Shown here: positions 1-9,407 of the stretch, piece by piece
How positions within the stretch are numbered: the first letter of the stretch is position 1
Layout: the number at the start of each line of letters is the position of its first letter
Source of the DNA: Lewinellaceae bacterium
Lineage (GTDB): Bacteria > Bacteroidota > Bacteroidia > Chitinophagales > Saprospiraceae
Direction: 5' to 3'
Length of the DNA stretch: 64,000 bases
NCBI GenBank assembly: GCA_020636315.1
Contig: JACJYA010000017.1
Span: forward strand, 4,762 to 68,761
Position numbers and translations under genes: made by a program
The notes under the pieces: generated by a model
The model's input: only the letters and a program-made list of their open reading frames with translations
The model's database searches: none
Told to the model about the DNA's origin: nothing

Positions 1-179
1 TCTTCTTCATGTCTTCAGTTTTAAACGCGTTGGAACTCTATAAAGCTAACAATGCCGGCCGCAAACTCCAAATTAATCGCAAAAAATCTGCCGGCCTGCA
101 CTGTTGGACGATAAGGCCAGGGCGAACAAGCACCATTCTCCGGCTGTTTCAATTTTATAACCTGTAATCAAAACGAACT

Positions 180-392
180 ATGGATATCAAAGAAAAAGCC
201 AAAGCAGAATTAGAATCCCGCATCCGGAAGGTCGAAGATCTGATTGCCGAAAAGGGAGTAGGGTCCTCCTACCTTTCCCGGGCCAAAAGAGTACAGCGCA
301 ACATTAACCTGGGCATCTTCGTGGGCGGTATTGCCGCTATTGCCGGCCTCACCGCCTGGGCCCTGAGCAAAAATAACAGGGAAGAGGAATAA
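180..392 (+). CDS. small hypothetical protein with C-terminal transmembrane helix
   Basis: 70-aa ATG ORF with a hydrophobic stretch LGIFVGGIAAIAGLTAWAL. No family recognised. Confidence 0.35.
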   Translation: MDIKEKAKAELESRIRKVEDLIAEKGVGSSYLSRAKRVQRNINLGIFVGGIAAIAGLTAWALSKNNREEE

Positions 393-458
393 GGGCTTGT
401 TTGGAGGTTGCTTTTTTCCGCCTGTCGGATTTCGTACCTTGCCCTCCAAAAAACTGCC

Positions 459-3251
459 ATGCGCCCCCCAATCATCGTTATCCCGGCCTTCTTCCTTCTG
501 CTTTCCACCCTTTGCGCCCAGCCCCTTCCCGAGCACCCGCGCCCCGACTGGGAGCGGCCGCAGTGGATCAACCTCAACGGCCCCTGGGCTTTCCGCTTCG
601 ACCCGGAAAATAAAGGGCTGGAGCAAAACTGGCAGAACGGCAAGACTGAATTCCCCCTCACCATTCAAGTTCCCTTTTCCTGGGCGGCGCCCCTCAGCGG
701 GCTGGCCGACTCGGCGGACATCGGCTGGTACCGGCGGGAAATCACCATCCCGGAAGAATGGGCGGGCCGCCGCATCTTTCTCGTCATCGGCGCGGCCGAC
801 TGGCACACTACCGCCTGGATCAATGGAAAAAAGATCGGGGAGCACCAGGGTGGCTATACGCCCTTTTCGCTGGAATTGACGCCCCATTTGAGCCCCGGAA
901 AACCACAGCAGCTGGCCATCCGGGTGGATGACAGCCCGCACCCCTTCAAGCTCGAGGGCAAGCAGGGCTACGGCAAGGCGCGCGGCATCTGGCAAACCGT
1001 TTACCTGGAGGCCCGGGGGGAGCAGTACCTGGAATCCCTCCACATTTCACCGGATATTAAAGAAGAGAAAGCCACCTTCGCGGCAACCCTGCCCGCCCCG
1101 GCGACACAAAACCTTCCGCTTGAGGTGTCCGTCAGCGGGGACGATGGGAAGTTCATTACAGTAGAAAAAACCATTCCCGCAGGGGAAAAACAGTATTCCT
1201 TCGACGTTTCCATCCCCACCGCCCGGTTGTGGTCGCTGGAAGATCCTCATCTGTATCAGGTGCAAGCTCAGTTGGGGAGTGATGAGAACACCGCCGACCA
1301 GGTAAAAACCTACTTCGGCATGCGGGAGATCAGCGTTACAACTCTGCCCGGTACGGATTTCCGCTACGTATCCCTCAACGGCCGGCCGGTTTATCTGCAG
1401 CTGGCGCTCGACCAGGCCTACCACCCCGAGGGCTTCTATACCTTTCCCACCGATGAGTTCATCCGCGATGAGGTGCTGCGCGCCCGGCAGATCGGGCTCA
1501 ACGGCCTGCGCATCCACGTCAAGGTGGGGCAGCCCCGCAAGCTGTACTGGGCCGACCGCCTGGGCGTGCTCATCATGGCCGACGTGCCCAACTCCTGGGG
1601 AGAACCCGATGCGGAGATGCGCCAGGAATCGGAATACGCCCTGCGCGGCATGATCCGGCGCGATTATAACCACCCCTCCATCTTCTCCTGGGTAACCTTC
1701 AACGAAACCTGGGGGCTGTTTACCACCACCAATAAGGAGAAGAACGAGCGCCGCTACCTGCCGGAAACCAAAAAATGGGTGGAACAGATGGTAGCCCTGG
1801 CCAAAACGCTGGACCCCACGCGCCTGGTAGAGGACAACTCCCCCTGCTGCGGCATCGGCCACACCATGACGGATCTCAACAGCTGGCACTCCTACCTGCC
1901 CGGCTGGGAATGGGAGAAAACCCTGGCGCAGATGGATACCGCCACCTACCCCGGTTCCTCCTGGAATTTTGAGGAGGGGTACCGGCAGGGCGAACAACCC
2001 AACATCAACTCGGAATTCGGCAACGTCTGGGGCTACGAAGGCAGTACCGGCGACGTGGACTGGAGCTGGGACTACCACCGCGCCATCAACGCCTTCCGGC
2101 GCCACCCCCGCATTGCCGGCTGGCTCTATACCGAGCATCACGATGTGGTCAACGAATGGAACGGTTACTGGCGTTATGACCGGTCAGAAAAGGAAACAGG
2201 CCTGGGCGAACTTGTGCCCGGCATGTCCCTCCGCGACCTCCACAGCCCGATGTACATCTCCACCGGCGGAGATCTCAGCCGTAGCGCCCGGACAGGCGAG
2301 CAGGTGGAAGTGCCCCTTTTCGCCTCCTTTTTCACCCGCGCTGCCGATTTGGGCGATTCACTCCTCCTGCGGGCAAAGCTCTACGGATGGGACTTCCTCG
2401 GCCGAAAGGAAACCTACTCCGAGGAAAGCTTCCGGATCCCCTACCACCCCTGGATGCAGGGCCCGGTCCGGCCGGCCGTGGTGAAAATGCCCGGCAAGCC
2501 CGCCGTTAGCGTCCTGGCGCTATCTCTGGAGGACGCCACCGGAAAGGTGCACCACCGCAATTTCACCACTTTCATTGTGGAAGGAAATGCCCTCAGCCAG
2601 GCCATTCTGGACAACGGCCGCCGCGCCCGCCTGCTCCGCACCAAAGCCGGCGATTTCTCAAAAGCAAAATGGAGTATAAAACAATGGGAGGTCCTGGACG
2701 GCAAAAAGGTGAACGGCGCCGGCTACGGCTTTTTCGAGTACCGCTTCCCCTGGCCGGAAGGTCTGCAACCTGAAGCCGTTGAATCTGCCGGCTTCCTCGT
2801 CGAAGCTTCCGCCAAGCAGCTTTTCGGCAAGGACCGCGACGACAAGACAGCCCTGGCGGGCGACTACATGCGCGGCGAGGGCACTTTCGACCCCAGCCGC
2901 AACCCCAACGCCTACCCCATGACCGACGAGACGCCCTATCCTTCCGCCGTTCGCATCACCGCCAACGGCTACCCCGCCGGCCGCTTTGAGCTGCCCGACG
3001 ACCCGGCCGACCACCGCGGCATCCTTTCCTGGCACGCCCAGCTGAAGGACCGCAAACTTCGGGAGGCGGGCTCTTACGGCTACCTCCTGCGAGCCAACAT
3101 CCCGGCAGATGCCCTTCAGCAGGCGGCAAAAACCGGCGAGCTCCTCCTGCGGCTGACGGTAGAGGAAGGGCTGCCGGGCGGGCTGGCCATTTACGGGGCG
3201 GAGTTCGGGCGGTACCCGGTGGAGCCTACGGTGGTTTTGGTGGGGCGGTGA
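459..3251 (+). CDS. glycoside hydrolase family 2 (beta-galactosidase/beta-glucuronidase-like), secreted
   Basis: Start moved to ATG 459, giving signal peptide MRPPIIVIPAFFLLLSTLCAQ. GH2-type motifs: WYRREITIPEEW, NGKKIGEHQGGYTPF, NHPSIFSWVTFNETWG (acid/base NE) and INSEFG (nucleophile region). Confidence 0.85.
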   Translation: MRPPIIVIPAFFLLLSTLCAQPLPEHPRPDWERPQWINLNGPWAFRFDPENKGLEQNWQNGKTEFPLTIQVPFSWAAPLSGLADSADIGWYRREITIPEEWAGRRIFLVIGAADWHTTAWINGKKIGEHQGGYTPFSLELTPHLSPGKPQQLAIRVDDSPHPFKLEGKQGYGKARGIWQTVYLEARGEQYLESLHISPDIKEEKATFAATLPAPATQNLPLEVSVSGDDGKFITVEKTIPAGEKQYSFDVSIPTARLWSLEDPHLYQVQAQLGSDENTADQVKTYFGMREISVTTLPGTDFRYVSLNGRPVYLQLALDQAYHPEGFYTFPTDEFIRDEVLRARQIGLNGLRIHVKVGQPRKLYWADRLGVLIMADVPNSWGEPDAEMRQESEYALRGMIRRDYNHPSIFSWVTFNETWGLFTTTNKEKNERRYLPETKKWVEQMVALAKTLDPTRLVEDNSPCCGIGHTMTDLNSWHSYLPGWEWEKTLAQMDTATYPGSSWNFEEGYRQGEQPNINSEFGNVWGYEGSTGDVDWSWDYHRAINAFRRHPRIAGWLYTEHHDVVNEWNGYWRYDRSEKETGLGELVPGMSLRDLHSPMYISTGGDLSRSARTGEQVEVPLFASFFTRAADLGDSLLLRAKLYGWDFLGRKETYSEESFRIPYHPWMQGPVRPAVVKMPGKPAVSVLALSLEDATGKVHHRNFTTFIVEGNALSQAILDNGRRARLLRTKAGDFSKAKWSIKQWEVLDGKKVNGAGYGFFEYRFPWPEGLQPEAVESAGFLVEASAKQLFGKDRDDKTALAGDYMRGEGTFDPSRNPNAYPMTDETPYPSAVRITANGYPAGRFELPDDPADHRGILSWHAQLKDRKLREAGSYGYLLRANIPADALQQAAKTGELLLRLTVEEGLPGGLAIYGAEFGRYPVEPTVVLVGR

Positions 3252-3281
3252 GGGTTTGTTTGGGTTGTTGCAGGAAGTCGG

Positions 3282-3962
3282 CTACAGGTTTTTTCCTGTT
3301 TTTTTATGAATTGGTTCTAATAACCTCACGCCTTCGATTGCCTTAAGTTTGCACGATTTAAAGTTATTCTTTAAGGAAGGACAGGACATTTCAAAAGTTG
3401 TTTTGCTCAGTTTGCCGGCCGTTACCATTTGTCGGCCAACAACCTCTGTAACAGGTTGAATAGAAATAGCTTCCTTGAAATTATATTTAAAGTAATAAGT
3501 TTTACCTTTTTCAACTGAAAAATCCAGAGTGCCGAAAAAAGGGCCGTGTTCAATTGCTTTTATTATGCTTAGAGAATCGGCCCATTGGACCACTTCTTCA
3601 TGCGCTTTATAGTTCCAGGAATTAATGGCAAAGCCTCCGCTATTGGGGGCCGAAAACCAGTTTTGGTGTATTGCGGAAACAGCATTGACATTCATAGTGT
3701 AAGTTCCGGGCTTAAACCTAAAATAGGAAAAGGAATTATCACCCTGTAACGCTAAATGGTGATTATTAAAGTCAATGCCTGTCAATACCCCTTTTCCATA
3801 AAATTTTCCTTCCCGGATGACATAAACCAAGGCTTCTTGTTCGGACGGTTTCAATGACCTGGCTTCCTGTTCTATTGAAGGGCTCAATCTTATCGTATCC
3901 CAGGTGACAGCGCCACAACTGATTAGTAGTTCAATTAATAAAACTGTCAGAATTAGCCGCAT
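3282..3962 (-). CDS. hypothetical lipoprotein (AT-rich orphan gene)
   Basis: Internal ATG at 3962 gives MRLILTVLLIELLISC, a lipobox-like signal. The gene is visibly AT-rich compared with its flanks. No family recognised. Confidence 0.5.
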   Translation of the reverse strand: MRLILTVLLIELLISCGAVTWDTIRLSPSIEQEARSLKPSEQEALVYVIREGKFYGKGVLTGIDFNNHHLALQGDNSFSYFRFKPGTYTMNVNAVSAIHQNWFSAPNSGGFAINSWNYKAHEEVVQWADSLSIIKAIEHGPFFGTLDFSVEKGKTYYFKYNFKEAISIQPVTEVVGRQMVTAGKLSKTTFEMSCPSLKNNFKSCKLKAIEGVRLLEPIHKKTGKNL

Positions 3963-4328
3963 CCGGTTGTTGGCTATTCGGGTAAAAAAGCTGATACGGT
4001 ACATAATGACCCCATTTTAAAGGTTCATCAGGAAAAAATTCATTTTCACCTGATTTCTAAAGCCATTGTATTTCGATAAACTGCTTTAATGTGTAGGGGA
4101 TTACAATTAAAAATAACCTTATAAAAATATCCCATCTGTATCATTTTTCCAAAATCCCCAAGCTATGTTTTTATTCAATCATTTACCCCAAATAGACAGG
4201 CTGGCCTCCATTTAACCTTAAAACAGGCCTTAAAACATAACTTTAGAGAAATTGGATAGCTACCGACCACGAAGCCTGCTGATCCAAGACAAAGAATACA
4301 TACCGAGACGGCCCACTTCTCTACGGCC

Positions 4329-4853
4329 CTAATCTGAAATGAATTCCGCGACGTAATCAGCTATGGCCTGCAGGTCATCCTCTAAAAATTCCCTGTCGTC
4401 ACCAAATATTTCCAGGAATTCCTGGGGGTGCCGGCCATCGGCGATCAGGTAAATGCAACCCGCCAGAAGCTTGCCCTCTTCGCTGACCCGGATATCCAGG
4501 CTCTGGATCTTTTCTCTTTCCACCCTGAACACCCTGAACCCTTCTTTCAGGGCGATTTCTTTTTCATTGATCTCAACGGACTTTGTTTCCGCATCTTTTT
4601 CCCGCTGTTTCAGATTGGCCGCCTGAAACAATAGGGGCGCCGACAGCCCGATAACCAAAGCTCCTATCTTGGTTGAAACAAAGAGTATCAGAGCCAGCCC
4701 TACGGCCACTGCGATGGCGGAAAAGATCAGATAGGCCCATACGGAAGAGTTGCCTGCCTTGCCTTTTTTTATGACGAGGCTTCCGCCAGCCTGCTCCACC
4801 TCGAAATGGTGCCGGCCCATGACGGATAGAAATGAAGATTCCTTTTTGTCCAT
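4329..4853 (-). CDS. hypothetical membrane protein
   Basis: Start taken at MDKKESS (ATG 4853). Two central hydrophobic helices (VWAYLIFSAIAVAVGLALILFV, IGALVIGLSAPLLF). No family recognised. Confidence 0.5.
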   Translation of the reverse strand: MDKKESSFLSVMGRHHFEVEQAGGSLVIKKGKAGNSSVWAYLIFSAIAVAVGLALILFVSTKIGALVIGLSAPLLFQAANLKQREKDAETKSVEINEKEIALKEGFRVFRVEREKIQSLDIRVSEEGKLLAGCIYLIADGRHPQEFLEIFGDDREFLEDDLQAIADYVAEFISD

Positions 4854-5037
4854 TGTTCTTTTTGTTAGGCGAGATATGAGAACGCCTGATAAAAGTAACA
4901 ATGTATTCCAAGAAGTTCAAATTCTTTTACATGAAAACGACTGCTACGGAAACAACCATGGATGGGCAGGTGCCCAAACTGCCACGTAGTTAAAAACGCC
5001 TTAGTACGCTCCCAAAGTGGCAACTCCAAAGCCAATC

Positions 5038-6015
5038 TCACGGCACCAACACCGAAGCCCCCGTCGTCTTCCGCCCCTCCAGTTGCCGGTGGGCTTCGGC
5101 GGCATCCTTCAGGGCGAACCGCTGATTGACCGGCACTTTGATGGCGCCTTCTTTTATGGCGCCGAACAGAGCTTTGGCTCCGGATTCCAGTTCCTCCCGG
5201 GTGGCGATGTAGTTGAACAGCGTGGGGCGAGTGGTGAAGAGCGAGCCTTTCTGCGCCAGGTGCCCAAGTTCGAAATTCCGGATCACGCCGGATGACTGGC
5301 CGAAGCACACCCACATCCCCAGGCGCTTCAGGCAGTCCAGCGAGCCGGGATAGGTGTCCTGCCCCACCGAATCATAGACGACATCGACGCCTTTGCCATC
5401 GGTGATCTCTTTGACGCGCTCCACAAAGTTCTCCTTCCGGTAGTTGATGACATGGTGGTAGCCGTTGGCGTTGGCCAGGGCCACTTTCTCATCCGAGCCG
5501 GCTGTGCCGATCAGCGTGGCGCCGAGGGCCGATGCCCACTGTCCGGCGATGGAGCCCACCCCGCCGGCGGCAGCGTGGATCAGGACGGTATGCCCGGGCT
5601 GTACGGCAAAGGTGCGGTGCAACAGGTAATGGGCGGTCAGGCCTTTTACCATGGAGGCGGCCGCCACCTCGTCCGAAACACCGTCCGGGATCTTTACCAG
5701 GCGGCTGGCCGGCACGATGCGTTGCTCTGCATAGGCGCCGGTGGGCAGGGTGTAGGCCACGCGGCTGCCGGCCTCCAGGCCTTCCACGCCCTCTCCGGTT
5801 TCGAGGACCTCCCCGGCGCCTTCAGCGCCAACGATCAGAGGCCCTTTATGGGGCCAGGCGTACAGGCCGGTGCGAAAATAGGTATCGACAAAATTCAGCC
5901 CGATGGCAGTGTGGCGGATCAGTACTTCCCCCGGTCCGGGGGCCGGCGCCTGGATGGATTCGTATTGCAGTACTTCCGGCCCACCGGGTTTGTGAATGCG
6001 TATGGCGTATGGCAT
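5038..6015 (-). CDS. qor: NADPH:quinone oxidoreductase (zinc-type MDR family)
   Basis: 325 aa. N-terminal GroES-like fold (PGPGEVLIRHTAIGLNFVD) and nucleotide-binding motif HAAAGGVGS, typical of Qor-type MDR enzymes. Confidence 0.85.
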   Translation of the reverse strand: MPYAIRIHKPGGPEVLQYESIQAPAPGPGEVLIRHTAIGLNFVDTYFRTGLYAWPHKGPLIVGAEGAGEVLETGEGVEGLEAGSRVAYTLPTGAYAEQRIVPASRLVKIPDGVSDEVAAASMVKGLTAHYLLHRTFAVQPGHTVLIHAAAGGVGSIAGQWASALGATLIGTAGSDEKVALANANGYHHVINYRKENFVERVKEITDGKGVDVVYDSVGQDTYPGSLDCLKRLGMWVCFGQSSGVIRNFELGHLAQKGSLFTTRPTLFNYIATREELESGAKALFGAIKEGAIKVPVNQRFALKDAAEAHRQLEGRKTTGASVLVP

Positions 6016-6030
6016 GGGTGGTGGTTTTTA

Positions 6031-6098
6031 GTGGTTGGTTGGGTTTCTGGTTGCTGGTTGCTGGTTGCTGGTTGCTGGGTTTCTGGTTTCTGGTTGCT
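6031..6098 (+). repeat. tandem heptamer array (GGTTKCT)n
   Basis: GGTTGGTTGGGTTTCTGGTTGCTGGTTGCTGGTTGCTGGTTGCTGGGTTTCTGGTTTCTGGTTGCT. It begins 16 nt upstream of the qor ATG when read on the opposite strand. Confidence 0.8.
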
Positions 6099-6112
6099 CC
6101 AATGCTGCGGTC

Positions 6113-6186
6113 AAACAATCTAACAATCCAACAATTTAACAATCCAACAGCCCCCAACCTGACAACAATCTAACAATCTAACAATT
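6113..6186 (-). repeat. tandem octamer array (TTGTTAKA)n
   Basis: The plus strand reads AACAATCTAACAATCCAACAATTTAACAATCCAACA...CAACAATCTAACAATCTAACAATT. On the minus strand it follows the peroxidase stop by 18 nt. Confidence 0.8.
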
Positions 6187-6203
6187 TCCCCCTCCATCCC
6201 TAC

Positions 6204-8093
6204 TCACCCCCCCTCCGGCACCACCCTCTCCACCGTCAGCCCGGAGGTATCTGTCAGGGTTTGCATAAAGGTAATGATGTCGGCTTTTTCCCGTTCCGTC
6301 AGGTTCAGGGGTTCGGAGGGCAGAGTCTGGTTGGGGATATCCAGGCCCATGCCGGCTCCGCCGCCGCGATCGTAGAACTCCATCACCTCTTCCAGGGTGT
6401 TGAACAGGCCGTTGTGCATGTAGGGCGCCGTCAGAGCGGCGTTGCGGACGGAAACGGTCTTGAAGGATTGCAGGTAATGGGGGCGGGCATCCTTGGGAAT
6501 GCCGTTTTCCGCCCTTCCGGGGTCGGGGTCCGGGCGGGGGTGCAGGGTATCCAGCCCCAGGGTGAGGCCCAGCACTTCCGAGTCGGTTTCAGTGTAGAAC
6601 GGAGGCGCCAGGCCATTAAACACCGGGACGAAGTGACAGGTGCCGCAGGCGGCCTTTCCCATAAAAAGGTTGAACCCGCGGATGGCCGCCGGCGGGTAGC
6701 TGGCGGATTCATTGCGGACGTACCGGTCAAATTCGCTGTTGAAAGAAGCCAGCGTATTGACATAAGCCGCCAGGGCGTTGCCGATGGAACGGCTGTAAAT
6801 GTATTGACCCCCTATTTCGCCATATACTTCCCGGAACATTCGCTCATAGGCGCTGTCCTGCTGCAGCCGTTCGGCGATCTGGTAGAAATCGGTGTTGAAT
6901 TCGAGTGTATCATGGACGACGTGGGCCACCTGCCGCTCCAGAGTGATTTCGCGCATATCCCAGAAAAAGCGGGAGGAAAAGGTAGCGTCAATGAGTGTCG
7001 GAGAATTGCGGCGGGTAAACTTGCCGGGTATGTGGGACCGGCTTTTGGGCAACCCGTCGGTAAAGGCCCGGTTGGGGTCGTGGCAGGTGGCGCAGGACAT
7101 CTCCCCATTGCCGGAGAGAATGGGGTCGTAGAACAGCTTTTTGCCCAGTTCGATGGCAGCCGGAGTTTCCAGGGGAATATAGGAAAGCTGGGTGTAGAAC
7201 TTGCGGCTGAGAAAATTCTCTTCGAACAGGTTTCTCGCGTGGAAGTTCTGTGCCTGGTACTTAACCTGGCCGGTATCTATGCCGTTCTGTATCTGAAAAT
7301 CGAGCAATTTCCCGTAGAGAGGGTTGACGGCCTCCTTCAGGAAGGCCATCCGGTCGAAAGTGTCGAAGTCCTTGTTGGCGCCGAGGGTGTAAAATGCTTT
7401 CCGGAAGAGCTTTCTGGCCGCTCCGAATTCCTCCTGAGCCCCGTCTTTGACGTGCCCTATAAACAGAATAAAAGCCTGCTCCATGGCTGCGATACTGGCC
7501 TGGGCCTCTTCGATGCCGTTGCCTGAGCCTGGCGTATCAAAACCGGTGACCCCCAGCGCAAACACCCGTACGATGCCCGATCGGAGGGCTTCCATAACCT
7601 GGGTGTCCGACAGGCTGAGCGGCAGGTGTATCCTTACGATGAAATCCACCCTCTCCTTCAGGCTGGTGGCCAGCGCCGCGATCTTTTCACGCTCCGTCTC
7701 CGCCTCCTCGCTGAAAACCAGTTCGTCCAGGGCCTGCAGGCCGTTGGGAGGGACTATCGGCCCGTTCACATCTTCTTTGTTGATCTTAGGCAGCGGCGCC
7801 CCGTTGATGTACAGGTAATTGTACTCCGTTTTGAAGTAGTCGAACAGATATTCGACCCGCTTGAAGGCGTAACGGGTTTTGGCCAGCTGTTCCCGAAGTG
7901 CGGACAAATCGAACGGCCCCTGGGCCATCTCCGCCAGCTTGTTGGTTTCACCCTGAAACAGGCGAAAATTTTCCTCATACATTTGAGCGATCCGTTGCGC
8001 GGCGTCATCCCGGCCATCATCCACGGAAGAGGAGGAAAGCCCCAGTATGCCGAGCAACCCAACAAACAGAAAAAATGTCATTAGAATTTTCAT
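6204..8093 (-). CDS. di-haem cytochrome c peroxidase family protein with long N-terminal domain
   Basis: Two CXXCH motifs (CATCHDP, CGTCHFV) in the C-terminal ~330 aa. Start moved to MKILMTFFLFVGLLG (ATG 8093), which lies 18 nt downstream of a TACCTTTG box. The ~300-aa N-terminal domain was not recognised. Confidence 0.85.
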   Translation of the reverse strand: MKILMTFFLFVGLLGILGLSSSSVDDGRDDAAQRIAQMYEENFRLFQGETNKLAEMAQGPFDLSALREQLAKTRYAFKRVEYLFDYFKTEYNYLYINGAPLPKINKEDVNGPIVPPNGLQALDELVFSEEAETEREKIAALATSLKERVDFIVRIHLPLSLSDTQVMEALRSGIVRVFALGVTGFDTPGSGNGIEEAQASIAAMEQAFILFIGHVKDGAQEEFGAARKLFRKAFYTLGANKDFDTFDRMAFLKEAVNPLYGKLLDFQIQNGIDTGQVKYQAQNFHARNLFEENFLSRKFYTQLSYIPLETPAAIELGKKLFYDPILSGNGEMSCATCHDPNRAFTDGLPKSRSHIPGKFTRRNSPTLIDATFSSRFFWDMREITLERQVAHVVHDTLEFNTDFYQIAERLQQDSAYERMFREVYGEIGGQYIYSRSIGNALAAYVNTLASFNSEFDRYVRNESASYPPAAIRGFNLFMGKAACGTCHFVPVFNGLAPPFYTETDSEVLGLTLGLDTLHPRPDPDPGRAENGIPKDARPHYLQSFKTVSVRNAALTAPYMHNGLFNTLEEVMEFYDRGGGAGMGLDIPNQTLPSEPLNLTEREKADIITFMQTLTDTSGLTVERVVPEGG

Positions 8094-8110
8094 AGCCAAT
8101 TGTTCTGTTG

Positions 8111-8118
8111 CAAAGGTA
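8111..8118 (-). promoter_or_regulatory. Bacteroidota -7 promoter box for the cytochrome c peroxidase gene
   Basis: The minus strand reads TACCTTTG, 18 nt upstream of ATG 8093. Confidence 0.45.
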
Positions 8119-8390
8119 AGAATGCAGGAGGAAAAATCCATTTTTTACCGCACTTCCACCCTTTCCCCATAATCCTCATCATGCCGGGTGTCACATCACA
8201 ACACCACCTTCCGGCACGTTACCTTTTTCAAAGTAACGGATCAGGCCTGCAGTACAATTTCAGGTACGATATCCGGGAAGACGGCTTGCCGGTGAAGCGC
8301 TATACCCCCGGCGCAAACCCCGCTGGGAGCCACACATCAACATCCTGTTGCTTTGAGGCAATTTAGCCCCTGATACGCATGAGTCATGTA

Positions 8391-9275
8391 TTACCCCTTC
8401 CCGATCCTCACCGAGGTCATGCTCAGCGACCCCGCTACGTAGCGGTCGTTAAAGAACTCCACCTCCTCTTTATCATCCTGCAGGGCCAGAGCATAGAGAA
8501 GGGGGTAGTAATGGTCGGGCGTAGGGATGGCCAGTTTGGCGGCCTGCCCCAGGCCGGTGTAGTCGATCAGAGGCTGATGGGATTTTGACAATATGTGCTT
8601 CTTGAAGGTTTCGTTGATCTCCTGGGCCCAGCCGTAGCCGTAATCCGGCTCATCCATTTTCTGCCAGTCCACCATCCGGAGGTTGTGCACCATGTTGCCG
8701 CTGCCCATGATGAGGACGCCTTTGCGCCGCAGGCTTTGCAGCTCCTGCGCCAGCTTGTAATGATAGGCAGGCGGCTTGTGGTAATCAATGCTCAGCTGCA
8801 GGACCGGGATATCGGCTTCCGGGTACATCTGCCGGACGACCGACCAGCAGCCGTGGTCCAGCCCCCAGTCGTGGTCGAGGCCCACCTGTGTCTGCTGTAT
8901 CAGAGCGGCGGTTTCCTTCGCCAGCTGTGGGTTGCCGGGCGCCGGATATTGTACCTCGAAAAGTTCCTGCGGAAATCCTCCGAAATCGTGGATGGTCTTC
9001 GGCTGCGGCATGGCGGTGATGTGCGTGCCCCGGGTCAGCCAGTGAGCCGAGATGCAGAGCACGGCTTCCGGCTGCGGGATCTCCCGCCCCAGCTGCGCCC
9101 AGCGGCGGCTGAATTCGTTGTCTTCAATGCCGTTCATGGGTGAGCCGTGGCCCACAAACAGCACCGGCATCTTTTTGTCCCTTTCTTTCAGGTTGCGTGT
9201 AAACGTATTGAATGCTCCCAGAGTTGACATGGCGGTTAATCCTCCTATTATTTTGATAAAATCTTTTCGGTTCAT
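8391..9275 (-). CDS. ygiD: class III extradiol dioxygenase (4,5-DOPA dioxygenase extradiol, YgiD-like)
   Basis: 294 aa. PVLFVGHGSPMN motif and LigB-family length and organisation. N-terminal signal-like segment NRKDFIKIIGGLTAMSTLGAF. Confidence 0.8.
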   Translation of the reverse strand: MNRKDFIKIIGGLTAMSTLGAFNTFTRNLKERDKKMPVLFVGHGSPMNGIEDNEFSRRWAQLGREIPQPEAVLCISAHWLTRGTHITAMPQPKTIHDFGGFPQELFEVQYPAPGNPQLAKETAALIQQTQVGLDHDWGLDHGCWSVVRQMYPEADIPVLQLSIDYHKPPAYHYKLAQELQSLRRKGVLIMGSGNMVHNLRMVDWQKMDEPDYGYGWAQEINETFKKHILSKSHQPLIDYTGLGQAAKLAIPTPDHYYPLLYALALQDDKEEVEFFNDRYVAGSLSMTSVRIGKG

Positions 9276-9329
9276 GGTTCAAGGGTGTTTATGGGGTGCC
9301 CTGACATAGTACTGGACACATTTTGGATT

Positions 9330-9407
9330 GTGTAAATGTGGAAAAGTGTAAAGGTGTAAATGGCTGGCAAGCCTCTTCTTTTACACTTTGATACACTCAC
9401 ACTTTAA
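9330..9407. repeat. inverted pair of GTGTAAA-type tracts
   Basis: GTGTAAATGTGGAAAAGTGTAAAGGTGTAAA ... TTTTACACTTTGATACACTCACACTTTAAA. AAAGTGTAAA can pair with TTTACACTTT. It lies in the divergent ygiD/xdhA promoter region. Confidence 0.65.

Noticed and set aside
1-10. TCTTCTTCAT at the window edge could be the first codons (ATGAAGAAGA) of a minus-strand gene extending leftwards.
   Set aside because: Only 10 nt are visible, so it cannot be supported.
6031-6186. Tandem short repeats that might be mistaken for a CRISPR array.
   Set aside because: The repeat unit is only 7-8 nt, with no unique spacers of 25-40 nt and no cas genes. These are microsatellite-like arrays.
8391-9275. Possible twin-arginine (Tat) signal on the YgiD-like dioxygenase (NRKDFIKIIGG).
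   Set aside because: The motif has RK rather than RR, and I cannot verify export from sequence alone. It is left as a signal-like N-terminus only.
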